Source: Candidatus Fraserbacteria bacterium
Lineage (GTDB): Bacteria > Bipolaricaulota > Bipolaricaulia > RBG-16-55-9
Direction of reading: 5' to 3'
NCBI GenBank assembly: GCA_037443265.1
Contig: JBBIOR010000003.1
Coordinates: forward strand, 30,019 to 94,018
Length of the DNA: 64,000 nt
The notes beneath the pieces were generated by a model that made no database searches, was not told the origin of the DNA, and saw only the letters and a program-made list of their open reading frames with translations. Below, in pieces: positions 17,605 through 27,066 of this stretch. Both the position numbers and the translations under genes were made by a program. Within the stretch, counting starts at the first letter, position 1; the number at the start of each line of letters is the position of its first letter.

Positions 17605-18695
17605 AACACGCCCTTCTCCGAGATACCGAATCGGCGCTGCAAGAGCACTACCGCCAGGGTGAGGAGCGCCAGGAAGAGGGCCGCGGCTGAGGCCATTCCT
17701 ACCCGTGGCAGGCCCCCGCCCCCAAACATGTTCCAGTAGATGTAGTAAGCGAGCGTGATGATGCTGTCCAGGGGGGCCAGTCCGGCCAGCACGGCCACCT
17801 GATCGAACATCTGGAGGGTGCCAATCAGCCCCAGGGTGATCACCAGAAAGAGCACGGGTCGCAGGGCTGGTACGGTGACGTACCAGAGCTTCTGCCAGGA
17901 TCCGGCCCCGTCCAGCTCCGCCGCTTCGTAGAGCTCCTTGGGGACGTCCTGCAGGCCGGCGAGGAAGATGACCATGAACGTTGGAATCGTCGTCCAGATG
18001 TTGAGAGCCATGATCGACCAGAGGGGCAGGGGCACACCCAAGAACGTCCGCTCGGTGCTCACCCAAGCGATCTCCATAGGCGGCACCGCCCGCGGCCTAA
18101 GCACCCCCAGCTGGTGGAGCCCTATGGTCACCAAGGCTGCCCCCAGCAGGCTGGTGAGCAGCAGGAGGGGATCGAAGAACCGAGTCGGCGCCTTCCAGCG
18201 CCACCGCTCCCAAAGAAGCTGGAGGAGGTGCAAGAGGGCGACCGCACCCGCAAAGACGAGCAGATAGAGAGCATATTGCTGCAGCGCCGTAAGCAGGAAG
18301 TTGGCCACCCCGCGCCGATGGACCAACCAGGCGAAGATCAGCGTAACCACGACGCTGGAGCTTATGCTGGGCACGTAGTAGCCAGCGCGGAAAAGCGTGA
18401 TCCCGCGCAGCTTCTGATTGACCACCACGGCCAAAAGCAGCGCCAGAATCGTCTGGACGCTCGTGACTATGGCGGAGAATACAAGCGTGTGGGAGAGGGC
18501 CAGCAGGAAGCGGCTGTCTTCGAGGAGGTGGTTGAAGTTCTTTAGCCCCACCCAGCTGGGGGGCTTGAAGAGATCATATTCGGTGAAGCTGAAGTATACG
18601 GCGCGGATGAAGGCGTATCCGAAGGCCACAACCAAGGTCCAAAGCAGGGGCAGCAGGAACAGGAAGGCCCAGCCCAGCTCCTCGCGGGTGCGCAT
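17601..18695 (-). CDS. Carbohydrate ABC permease (MalF-like)
   Basis: ELYEAAELDGA EAA motif and multiple TM helices. Confidence 0.92.
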   Translation of the reverse strand: MRTREELGWAFLFLLPLLWTLVVAFGYAFIRAVYFSFTEYDLFKPPSWVGLKNFNHLLEDSRFLLALSHTLVFSAIVTSVQTILALLLAVVVNQKLRGITLFRAGYYVPSISSSVVVTLIFAWLVHRRGVANFLLTALQQYALYLLVFAGAVALLHLLQLLWERWRWKAPTRFFDPLLLLTSLLGAALVTIGLHQLGVLRPRAVPPMEIAWVSTERTFLGVPLPLWSIMALNIWTTIPTFMVIFLAGLQDVPKELYEAAELDGAGSWQKLWYVTVPALRPVLFLVITLGLIGTLQMFDQVAVLAGLAPLDSIITLAYYIYWNMFGGGGLPRVGMASAAALFLALLTLAVVLLQRRFGISEKGVL

Positions 18696-18764
18696 GCAAA
18701 GAGTGTAAGAGCAGAGGAGCCGGCGGACAAGCCGGCCCCCCACTCCTTCTCCTCTTCTTGATCT

Positions 18765-20087
18765 TTACGTGCCGGGACAGACGCCTCTTGGGACGAGCCC
18801 CTTATCGACCAGGAGCTTGTTGAGGTTTAAGGCGGCCTCCTCCATGGCCGCTCGGACGGTGGCCTCCTTGTTGAAGATCTTCGTCAGGGCGGCGCCCAGG
18901 GTGTCGAGGTAGGCCGGCCCACCGACCGCGCCGAAGGTGAAGGGGCGTGTGCCCGGCTGGCCGGTGGCCTCAAAGACCACGCGCGCGCCCGCTTGGAAGG
19001 GGTTCTGCGGGTTGGCCAGGGGAGATTTGGGATCGGCCAGAAGCTCCTTGCGCGGCGGGATGGCCAGCCGCTCCAGCACGAAGAGATTGGCCTCCTTGCT
19101 CACCAGGGCCTCGACCACCTGGAAGGCCGTCTGAGCTCGCGCTGAGGGTAAGCCTGCGGGGATGCCGTAGCCTACGGTGAAGAGGTAGTTGGCCCTCTTG
19201 CCGTCTGGGGTCAGCGGCAGGAAGGCCGCGCCGAAGTCGAGGGTGGGGTTCTCGTTGAGGATGGGGCCGAGCATCCAGCCGCCCTCGTTGACGATGAAGC
19301 CCTTCTCGGCCGTGAAGGCCGCCCCCGGCCAGCCGGCTCCCACGTCCGCCGAGGTCTTGCCAAAGCCAAAGCGATTAGGGATGCTGAAGAACTCAGCTGC
19401 CGTGATGGCTTCCTCCGTCGCGAAGGGGGCGCAGAGCCCGAGCATGAAGGGCATCCCATTCGCGAAGGCAAAAGGCAGGAATCTTACCGGGTCCGGGTTG
19501 AGGTTGATCGCGGCCGTGCCTGCAGGGGCGGCTCGATTTACTGCCTGCGCCTTCTGCAAGAAGTCGAACCAGGTGTCGGTGTTGCTGGGGAAAGCCACGC
19601 CGGCTCGCCGGAAGGCATCCTTGTTGTACCAGATCACTAAGCTGTTGAAGTCCTTGGCGATGGCATAAATTTGCCCATCGAATTCGAAGGCGTCCACCAG
19701 GGGCTCCAGCCATTTATCCCGCAAGTTCGGCCCTAGGTCCGTGGACCGCGCGATGAAGTCGTTAAGAGACTGGAGCCTTCCGGTCGCTGCCACCTCCGGA
19801 GCCCAGAAGACATCGATGTAGTAGATGTCCGCCAGAGCTGCTCCTCCGGCCGCCAGATCATTTAGGACCCGCTGGCGCATGTCCACGGCCTCGGGCTGCC
19901 AGACGACGTTCACACCTGCAGGCAGCTTGCCTATCCGCTGTAGCTCCGTAAGAAGCGCCTGCACTACGGGGGTGTCCCCGCTGAAGCCGACCAGGGTGAT
20001 GCTCGTGGGCTGCTGGCTAGAAGAGGCGGTGCCCAGCCCCAATACCAGAAGCCCGGCCAGTCCCAAGATGAGCCACTTCCTGTACAT
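18765..20087 (-). CDS. Sugar ABC substrate-binding protein
   Basis: Signal peptide, DGQIYAIAKDFNSLVIWYNKD; first gene of the ABC operon. Confidence 0.9.
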   Translation of the reverse strand: MYRKWLILGLAGLLVLGLGTASSSQQPTSITLVGFSGDTPVVQALLTELQRIGKLPAGVNVVWQPEAVDMRQRVLNDLAAGGAALADIYYIDVFWAPEVAATGRLQSLNDFIARSTDLGPNLRDKWLEPLVDAFEFDGQIYAIAKDFNSLVIWYNKDAFRRAGVAFPSNTDTWFDFLQKAQAVNRAAPAGTAAINLNPDPVRFLPFAFANGMPFMLGLCAPFATEEAITAAEFFSIPNRFGFGKTSADVGAGWPGAAFTAEKGFIVNEGGWMLGPILNENPTLDFGAAFLPLTPDGKRANYLFTVGYGIPAGLPSARAQTAFQVVEALVSKEANLFVLERLAIPPRKELLADPKSPLANPQNPFQAGARVVFEATGQPGTRPFTFGAVGGPAYLDTLGAALTKIFNKEATVRAAMEEAALNLNKLLVDKGLVPRGVCPGT

Positions 20088-20168
20088 TTTTGTACCTCCT
20101 TCGGTTCAATCGATTTGTGGGCGAGAAGGGAGCTTGTGAGGCTGGAGGTTCACTCATCCATCCCCTTT

Positions 20169-20215
20169 CGTAATCGATTACGGAGTAAGCTAGCATAAAA
20201 GGCCTCTTCTGTCAA
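20169..20215 (-). promoter_or_regulatory. Promoter plus LacI-type operator for the first sugar ABC operon
   Basis: TTGACA-17-TAGCTT, followed by the perfect palindrome CGTAATCGATTACG (20169-20182). Confidence 0.75.
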
Positions 20216-21177
20216 GATGAGCGAAGAAGCCTCAAGCGCTGCGCGGCCTCCTCGGGCGGGACGGAATTGACATAGAAGCCCGTGCCCCACTCCAGCCCTG
20301 CCAGCTGGCCCAGACGGGGCAAGATCTCAAAGTGCCAGTGATAGCTGTACTCCAGCGTGGGAGCGGGCTTCTTGCGCCCGGAGGGCGGCAACGGCGCCGT
20401 ATGGAGATAGTAATTGTACGCTGTGGAGCGGAGCGCGTGGGCGAGTCGAGCCAGGGTGCGTGGGAGCAGGCAGGCCAGCGAGCTGAGCTCTTCCGCAGAG
20501 ATCATGAGAAAGTCATGGGCGTGTCTTCGGGGCAAGACCCAGCACTCAAAAGGGACGCGCGCGGCATAGGGGGACCAGACGAGAAAGTATCCATCCACAT
20601 CGATGACGCGCTCTTTGAGGGCCAGTTCGCGCTCGATCATCTCGCAATAGGGGCAGCGGCGCCGCGGGCGATAGGATCGCTCAGCCATTTGAAGCTCTTC
20701 TCGGATCAGAGGAGGGATGAGTGGGAATCCCACGAGCTGGGCGTGGGGGTGGGCGCGCGTCGCTCCGGCAGCTCGGCCGTAGTTCTTAAAGAGGGCCAGA
20801 TAGCGCCAACGCCCCTGCTGGGCGAGGGCCTCCAGGCGCGTCTTGTACGCAGATATCACTTGCTGGACGTGATCTTGGGGTAGAGCGGGAAGGTCCTTCC
20901 CATGGGCTGGGGTCTCGATGATGAGCTCATGGGCGTCGCTGATGGGGTATTTATTGGGGATGGCGCGGATCTGCCAGCTGGGGCTGTTGGGCGGACCCTC
21001 CCGGAGGGCCCATGTCTCCGCCGGGGTCTCCTTCTCATGGCCCGGGCAGAAGGGGCAGTCCTCTTCGCTTAAGAGAGGCTCGTGGGCGGGCCAATCCGAG
21101 GGGCGAGCTCCCCGGCCGTGGACTATCAACACCCGGCGCCGTGTGAACGTGTCTACGCGGACCTCCAACATCTCCAT
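20212..21177 (-). CDS. galT: Galactose-1-phosphate uridylyltransferase family (HIT)
   Basis: CPFCPGHE, IPNKYP, GATRAHPHAQ, YHWHFEILPR. Confidence 0.88.
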   Translation of the reverse strand: MEMLEVRVDTFTRRRVLIVHGRGARPSDWPAHEPLLSEEDCPFCPGHEKETPAETWALREGPPNSPSWQIRAIPNKYPISDAHELIIETPAHGKDLPALPQDHVQQVISAYKTRLEALAQQGRWRYLALFKNYGRAAGATRAHPHAQLVGFPLIPPLIREELQMAERSYRPRRRCPYCEMIERELALKERVIDVDGYFLVWSPYAARVPFECWVLPRRHAHDFLMISAEELSSLACLLPRTLARLAHALRSTAYNYYLHTAPLPPSGRKKPAPTLEYSYHWHFEILPRLGQLAGLEWGTGFYVNSVPPEEAAQRLRLLRSS

Positions 21178-21188
21178 AGCTCAAGCTC

Positions 21189-21218
21189 TTGACAACCCAC
21201 TCTTAAATCGATTATACT
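21189..21218 (+). promoter_or_regulatory. Promoter with overlapping AATCGATT operator for the second ABC operon
   Basis: TTGACA-18-TATACT; TAAATCGATTAT overlaps the -10. Confidence 0.65.
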
Positions 21219-21435
21219 GCTCTTGCCGTAATGTGCTACTGCCAAGATCACCCAGCGCAAGACACAAAGGAGGCGAGAATCGGTGCAAATAAGCTGTACA
21301 CCTTCAAGGCCACCTGCCCGCTTGACCTACCGTTATGATCTTCTCTCTTGCCAGCCAAAGATCCCTAGCCTCATAGGGGGTGGGAGATGAAATCAAGTCC
21401 ATCGCTAAATATATAATAATACAGGAGGGATAAAA

Positions 21436-22758
21436 ATGTTCAAGCGGAGTTTACTGTTCCTGCTCATTGCGGCCATGACGGTAGGCGCGTTGTTCTTGTT
21501 CACATCTTCGAATGCGGTGACGGCTGCCCAGGGAGGGCAGGTCGAGATCGTCGTTGTCTGGTCCGGCGGGGAGCTGGATGCCTTCAATCAAGTCATCGCC
21601 CGCTTTGAGCAGAATACGGGCATAGACGCAGTGGTAAACAGTGCTGGCAGGGATCTGCCCTCGGTGCTGGTCAGCCGGGTGGCGGCGGGCAATCCACCCG
21701 ACGTGGCCGCCCTGCCCAACCCGGGGCAGATGGCGGAGTTCGTCCGCCAGGGTGCGCTCGTGGCGCTCGACCCGGCGATCGTGGCGGATCACCCCAAGGC
21801 CTTTGTGGATCTGGGCTCCGTGGACGGGACGCTCTACGGTGTCTTCCTCTCCGCGGATCTTAAGAGCCTGGTGTGGTACAACACGAAGCAATTGGGTCCT
21901 AATGCGGGCCTTCCAAGCTGGGATCAGCTGATGGCCTTCACGGAAGGGCTGGCCGCCCGTGGCCAGACCGCCTGGTGCATCGGCTTGGAGAGCGGAGCAG
22001 CCTCTGGGTGGCCCGGCACGGACTGGGTCGAGGACATTATGCTGCGGACCGCCGGGCCTGAGGCCTACGACCAGTGGGTCAACCACGACATCCCCTGGAC
22101 GGACGCGCGGGTGAAGTACGCCTTCGAGCTCTTCGGCCAGATCGCCCGCAACCCAAAGTTCGTGCTGGGCGGACCACAGGGAGCCTTGAGCACCAACTTC
22201 GGCGAATCGCCCAATGGGCTCTTCACCAGCCCGCCGGGCTGCTATCTTCACCGCCAAGCGACCTTCATTCAGAGCTTCATTCTGAGCGCCAACCCTGGGT
22301 TGCAGCCGAGGGTGGACTTCAACATCTTCCTCTTCCCGCCCATCGACCCGCAGTTCGGCAATCCCTTGCTGGGCGCTGGAGACTTAATTAGCGTCTTTCG
22401 CAACACCCCTCAGGCCCGAGAGCTCATTAAGTTCTTGGCCTCTGCCGAAGCCCAAGAGATCTGGGTCGGCACGCTCAAGAAGCTACCGATTAACACCCGA
22501 GTCAACGTCTCCGTCTTGGCGAACCCGATCGCCGAACGGGCCGCCCAGCTGCTCTTTACGGCAGCAGCCTTCCGCTTCGACGGATCTGATCTGATGCCCG
22601 CAGCGGTGGGCTCCGGCGAGTTCTGGACGGCGGTGCTCGACTACGTCGGCGGCGCGGACGTCTGCAGCGTCCTAAGGCGCCTGGAGGCCGCAGCCGACAG
22701 AGCGTACACCCGCGGCGCAGCGACCAACAACGTGGTGGAGCCGGGGGCCTGCCCATAA
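21436..22758 (+). CDS. Alpha-glucoside-type ABC substrate-binding protein (AglE/GgtB-like)
   Basis: KSLVWYN, WCIGLESGAASGWPGTDWVEDIMLR, RFDGSDLMP. Confidence 0.88.
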   Translation: MFKRSLLFLLIAAMTVGALFLFTSSNAVTAAQGGQVEIVVVWSGGELDAFNQVIARFEQNTGIDAVVNSAGRDLPSVLVSRVAAGNPPDVAALPNPGQMAEFVRQGALVALDPAIVADHPKAFVDLGSVDGTLYGVFLSADLKSLVWYNTKQLGPNAGLPSWDQLMAFTEGLAARGQTAWCIGLESGAASGWPGTDWVEDIMLRTAGPEAYDQWVNHDIPWTDARVKYAFELFGQIARNPKFVLGGPQGALSTNFGESPNGLFTSPPGCYLHRQATFIQSFILSANPGLQPRVDFNIFLFPPIDPQFGNPLLGAGDLISVFRNTPQARELIKFLASAEAQEIWVGTLKKLPINTRVNVSVLANPIAERAAQLLFTAAAFRFDGSDLMPAAVGSGEFWTAVLDYVGGADVCSVLRRLEAAADRAYTRGAATNNVVEPGACP

Positions 22759-22783
22759 CGCGAGGCTCTCACCCATCAAAGAC

Positions 22784-22821
22784 GAGGAAGGAGTGGGGTA
22801 CGGCTTGCCCACTCCTTCCTC
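22784..22821 (+). terminator. Strong stem-loop after the SBP gene (mRNA stabiliser or attenuator)
   Basis: GAGGAAGGAGTGGG ... CCCACTCCTTCCTC inverted repeat. Confidence 0.7.
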
Positions 22822-22851
22822 TCTTGATAGATAGAAAGAGAGCGATTCGCG

Positions 22852-23733
22852 ATGAAGACCCGCGGGCTCATCCCCTGGCTGTATATCGCTCCTGCCCTGC
22901 TCATCTTGAGCTTCTATCTGGTGTATCCGGCGATTGAGACCCTCTATAATAGCTTTTTTAAGTTAAGCAGCTTGCGAGCTCCAGGCCAGTTCGTCGGACT
23001 GGAAAACTATGTTCGCATCTTCCTCCAGCAGGATACTCTTATAGCTTTGCGCAACAACGCCCTCTGGTTCCTCATTGTCACGGCTGTGGCTGTCGGCTTG
23101 GGATTGCTGCTGGCCGTGCTCCTCGATCGGGTGCGCTATGAGTCCTTCGCCAAATCTCTAATATTCATGCCCATGGCCATCTCATTTGTGGGGGCCGGGG
23201 TCATCTGGAAATTCGTCTATGCCTTTCGTCCCGAGATCTATCCCCAAATTGGCGTTTTAAACGCGGCCCGCGTGGCTTGGGGCTCCGATCCCATCGCGTG
23301 GCTCACCCAGAGCCCCTGGATCAACAATCTGGCCCTGATGGCCGTCTTCATCTGGATCTGGACGGGCTATTGCCTGGTCATTCTTTCCGCCGCCTATAAG
23401 GGCATCGATCGGGATCTTTTGGATGCCGCCCGCACAGATGGGGCCAACGAGTGGCAGGTCTTCTGGCATGTCATTCTGCCTACCCTGCGCTCCACCATCG
23501 TGGTGGTGGCCACCACCATGACCGTCTTCACTCTAAAGGTCTTCGACATCGTCTACGTGATGACGAACGGGAATTTTGGCACGGAGGTGCTGGCCAACGC
23601 CATGTACAAAGAGATGTATCTCTTTCAGAGATACGGCTTTGCCAGCGCCATCGCCGTGGTCATCTTTCTGGCCGTGCTGCCGTTCATCGTGATCAACATT
23701 CGCAGATTTCTGGAGCAGGAGGCCGTGCGATGA
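22852..23733 (+). CDS. Sugar ABC permease (AglF-like)
   Basis: PMAISFVGAGVIW, DAARTDGANEW. Confidence 0.92.
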   Translation: MKTRGLIPWLYIAPALLILSFYLVYPAIETLYNSFFKLSSLRAPGQFVGLENYVRIFLQQDTLIALRNNALWFLIVTAVAVGLGLLLAVLLDRVRYESFAKSLIFMPMAISFVGAGVIWKFVYAFRPEIYPQIGVLNAARVAWGSDPIAWLTQSPWINNLALMAVFIWIWTGYCLVILSAAYKGIDRDLLDAARTDGANEWQVFWHVILPTLRSTIVVVATTMTVFTLKVFDIVYVMTNGNFGTEVLANAMYKEMYLFQRYGFASAIAVVIFLAVLPFIVINIRRFLEQEAVR

Positions 23734-24596
23734 GCGCCTACGGAAGGCTGAGGAAGTGCATGGGCAGAATCCCCTTGCATGTGACGGTGCTTCTCATTGT
23801 GGCTCTCTGGCTCATCCCCACCTTGGGGCTCTTGGTGACGTCGTTCCGGCCCTACCCTGAGATCTTAAGTTCCGGCTGGTGGAATGTGCTTCTGCACCCA
23901 GCGGAGTGGACGAAGTTCACCGCCCAAAACTATCTAGAGGTGCTGACCAAGCAGGGACTGGATCGCTCCTTTGTGAACAGTCTCATCATCACCATCCCGT
24001 CGACCTTGATCCCCTTAAGCATCGCGGCCTTTGCGGCGTATGCCTTCGCCTGGATGACCTTCCCTGGGCGGCAGCTATTGCTCATCCTCGTGATTGCTCT
24101 CATCGTCATTCCGCTACAGATGACGTTCATCCCCATTTTGAGGGTCTACAACTGGATGGGATTATCCGGATCATTCTTGGGACTGTGGCTGGCCCATGCA
24201 GGCTACGGCCTGCCCCTGATGATCTATCTTCTGCGCAATTTCTTAGGGGCCTTGCCCAAAGAGCTCTTCGAGTCGGCCTTCATCGACGGGGCCTCGTATT
24301 GGACGGCCTTCTGGAGGATCGCGCTCCCTTTAAGCGTGCCTGCCTTGGCCTCCATCGTGATCTTCCAGTTCTTGTGGGTGTGGAATGACCTCTTGGTAGC
24401 CCTCATCTACGTCGGAGGAAAGCAAGACGTGGCCCCGATCACCTGGCAGCTGGCCCAACTGGTGGGCTCCCGCGGACAGGACTGGCACCTGCTCACGGCA
24501 GGCGCGTTCATCTCTATGATCCTGCCGGTGAGCGTCTTCTTCGCGCTGCAGCGTCACTTCGTGCGCGGCCTCTTGGCCGGCTCCATCAAAGGGTAG
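23730..24596 (+). CDS. Sugar ABC permease (AglG-like)
   Basis: ATG overlaps the upstream TGA; ESAFIDGAS, FQFLWVWNDLL. Confidence 0.92.
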   Translation: MSAYGRLRKCMGRIPLHVTVLLIVALWLIPTLGLLVTSFRPYPEILSSGWWNVLLHPAEWTKFTAQNYLEVLTKQGLDRSFVNSLIITIPSTLIPLSIAAFAAYAFAWMTFPGRQLLLILVIALIVIPLQMTFIPILRVYNWMGLSGSFLGLWLAHAGYGLPLMIYLLRNFLGALPKELFESAFIDGASYWTAFWRIALPLSVPALASIVIFQFLWVWNDLLVALIYVGGKQDVAPITWQLAQLVGSRGQDWHLLTAGAFISMILPVSVFFALQRHFVRGLLAGSIKG

Positions 24597-24658
24597 AAGT
24601 TGCAAAGCACATTCGGTTCTGTGACAATCCTGTGACGGGAAGAGGTGGGTAGAACGCG

Positions 24659-25774
24659 ATGGCTCAACTTTCAGAGTTGGCCGCCTGGCTTGTGCCACTG
24701 GGCCTCTTCTTCGCCATGCTTGTGGCTGGATATCTTGTGCGGGCCGTGCTCTATCGTGGGCTCATGGGTTGGGCCCAAAGAAGCGCCACGCCGCTGGATG
24801 ACCTTATCATCGAGATCACCAAGCTGCCTTCGCTCTTGTGGCTTCTCCTCCTCGCAGCGCTGATCACCCTGCCGATGGTGGAAATCCCTGCAGGGCTCAG
24901 AGAGTTGATCGATAAGCTTCTGGTGGCTCTTTTGATTTTGTCTTTGACTTTGGTGGCCGCGCGTCTTCTGGTGGCCTTTATTCAGCGCTTTTTGAAAGCT
25001 CTCCCTGCAGAAAAAGCTCTGCCCATGACGGGCCTGACCCAGACCCTCACGCAACTCGCCGTGATCCTCATGGGCGTGCTCATCATCTTAAGCACCTTGG
25101 GCATCAATATTACGCCTTTGCTTACGGCTTTGGGCATTGGAGGCCTGGCCGTAGCTTTAGCTCTGCAAGACACTCTCTCCAATCTCTTTGCCGGGTTGCA
25201 TATCTTGCTGGCGCGGCAGATCCAGCCCGGCCAGCGCATCAAGCTCGACTCCGGTGAGGAGGGCTATGTCGCCGACATCGGATGGAGAAACACCACGCTG
25301 CGCGCTCCTCCAAATCATCTGATCATCATCCCTAACGCCAGGCTGGCTCAAAGCATCGTCACGAACTACAATCTACCCGATGACCCTGTCAACATCGTCA
25401 TCCCCGTGGGGGTCAGCTACGACTCCGATCCCGAGCAGGTCGAGCGGGTCCTCAAAGATGAGGCCCTGAAGATGATTCGCGCCTTGCCCGGCTTCATAAG
25501 AGATTTTGAGCCCATTGTGCGCTTCCAATCGTTCGGAGATTTCTCGCTCAATTTTCTGGTGATCCTGAGAGTAGAGAACTTCGACGCGCAATTTGCCGTG
25601 TGGGGAGAGATTCACAAGCGGATCTTCAAACGGCTCAAACAGGAAGGGATTGAGATCCCCTTCCCGGTCCGGACCATCTATCTCAGGGACCAGCAGGCCG
25701 TGCACCTCAACCCTAAGCGGAGCCCCAAGGATAAGCCTCCAAAGAGCCTGGGCACTCTGTATCATAATAAATAA
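24659..25774 (+). CDS. mscS: Small-conductance mechanosensitive channel
   Basis: LGIGGLAVALALQDTLSNLFAG, IPNA, GIEIPFP. Confidence 0.93.
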   Translation: MAQLSELAAWLVPLGLFFAMLVAGYLVRAVLYRGLMGWAQRSATPLDDLIIEITKLPSLLWLLLLAALITLPMVEIPAGLRELIDKLLVALLILSLTLVAARLLVAFIQRFLKALPAEKALPMTGLTQTLTQLAVILMGVLIILSTLGINITPLLTALGIGGLAVALALQDTLSNLFAGLHILLARQIQPGQRIKLDSGEEGYVADIGWRNTTLRAPPNHLIIIPNARLAQSIVTNYNLPDDPVNIVIPVGVSYDSDPEQVERVLKDEALKMIRALPGFIRDFEPIVRFQSFGDFSLNFLVILRVENFDAQFAVWGEIHKRIFKRLKQEGIEIPFPVRTIYLRDQQAVHLNPKRSPKDKPPKSLGTLYHNK

Positions 25775-25805
25775 ATAAGGAGTAAGGGAGGAAGATGGCT
25801 CGTCC

Positions 25806-27062
25806 ATGCAAGCGCAAGTGAACGCTATTAGAAGGCTTTCAGATTACGAAGGGATCGTTGACCCCGAGATCTTGGATGAGGCAGCCCGGCTGGGGAAACG
25901 CCTCCAGGGTCTGACCGTCACCCACATCAACTCCACCCGCCAAGGAGGCGGAGTGGCTGAGCTTCTCAGTAGCCTCATCCCGCTCTTCAACGACCTGGGA
26001 CTGAAGACCAGCTGGCAGGTCATCGAAGGCCCCTCGGAGTTTTTCAAGGTGACCAAGATGTTTCATAATGCGCTTCAAGGCTTGCCGGCGCATGTCACTT
26101 CCGAGATGTTTGAGCTGTATCGGCGCGTCACCCAAGAGAACGCCCGGCGGCTGGACCTGTCGGCGGATGTGGTCTTCGTGCATGACTATCAGCCATTAGC
26201 CCTGGTGGAGCAGCGGGCCAAAGATTCAATCTGGATCTGGCGCTGCCATGTGGATCTATCGCGCTCCATCCCCAAGGTCTGGCTGTCGCGCCCGGAGAAG
26301 AGCGTCTGGGAGATGCTCTCTCCCTATGTGGAGCAGTACGAGGGGGCCATCTTCTCCATGGCGGAGTTTGCGCAGAACCTTCCCATTCCGCAGCACATCA
26401 TCCCGCCGGCGATCGACCCTCTAAGCGAGAAGAACTGCGCATTATCTTCTGAAGAGATCGAGCGCGTCTTATGTCAGCTGGGCATCCCGCGCGATCGGAA
26501 GGTCTTCTTGCAGGTATCCCGCTTCGATCGCTTCAAAGATCCCGTGGGGGTCATTCAAGCGTATCAGATCTTCAAGCGCCGGACGCGGCTTCTGCAGAAG
26601 ACGTGTCTGGTGCTGGCCGGGGGCGGGGCGGATGATGATCCCGAGGGGGCGGAAGTGCTCGCCGAAGTGAGAGCTCGGGCCGCCCGTGACCCCGATATCT
26701 TCATCCTCGAGCGCCCACCTACGTCTCATCACGAGATCAACGCCTTGCAACGGGGAGCGGATATCGTCCTTCAAAAATCGATTCGAGAGGGCTTTGGGCT
26801 CGTCGTCGCAGAAGCTCTCTGGAAGAAGAAGCCTGTGGTGGCCTCGGCGGCGGGGGGCATCAAGCTCCAGATCCTCGATGGACTGACCGGCTTGCTGGCC
26901 AACTCCGTCGAGGAGCTGGCCGATCGCTTGGAATATCTGCTGGAACACCCGAAAGTGGGCGAGCGCCTGGGCCAGACGGGATACAAGCATGTGAAGCAGA
27001 ATTTTCTCATTCCGCGCCAGCTCAGGGATTATCTTCGGGTGCTCGCGGATCGCCTAACCTGA
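25806..27062 (+). CDS. treT: Trehalose synthase TreT-like GT4 glycosyltransferase
   Basis: INSTRQGGGVAE, WRCHVD, VSRFDRFKD, QKSIREGFGL. Confidence 0.85.
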   Translation: MQAQVNAIRRLSDYEGIVDPEILDEAARLGKRLQGLTVTHINSTRQGGGVAELLSSLIPLFNDLGLKTSWQVIEGPSEFFKVTKMFHNALQGLPAHVTSEMFELYRRVTQENARRLDLSADVVFVHDYQPLALVEQRAKDSIWIWRCHVDLSRSIPKVWLSRPEKSVWEMLSPYVEQYEGAIFSMAEFAQNLPIPQHIIPPAIDPLSEKNCALSSEEIERVLCQLGIPRDRKVFLQVSRFDRFKDPVGVIQAYQIFKRRTRLLQKTCLVLAGGGADDDPEGAEVLAEVRARAARDPDIFILERPPTSHHEINALQRGADIVLQKSIREGFGLVVAEALWKKKPVVASAAGGIKLQILDGLTGLLANSVEELADRLEYLLEHPKVGERLGQTGYKHVKQNFLIPRQLRDYLRVLADRLT

Positions 27063-27066
27063 GCTC

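Noticed and set aside
17605..18066. N-terminal 150 aa of the 619-aa ORF 16207-18066
   Set aside because: It overlaps the upstream permease in another frame; the real start is most likely ATG 17604. Similar over-extensions were trimmed for arc, both lacI genes, aglG-like, pfkA, gap, M16, mtaD, serS, the S8 protease and meaB.
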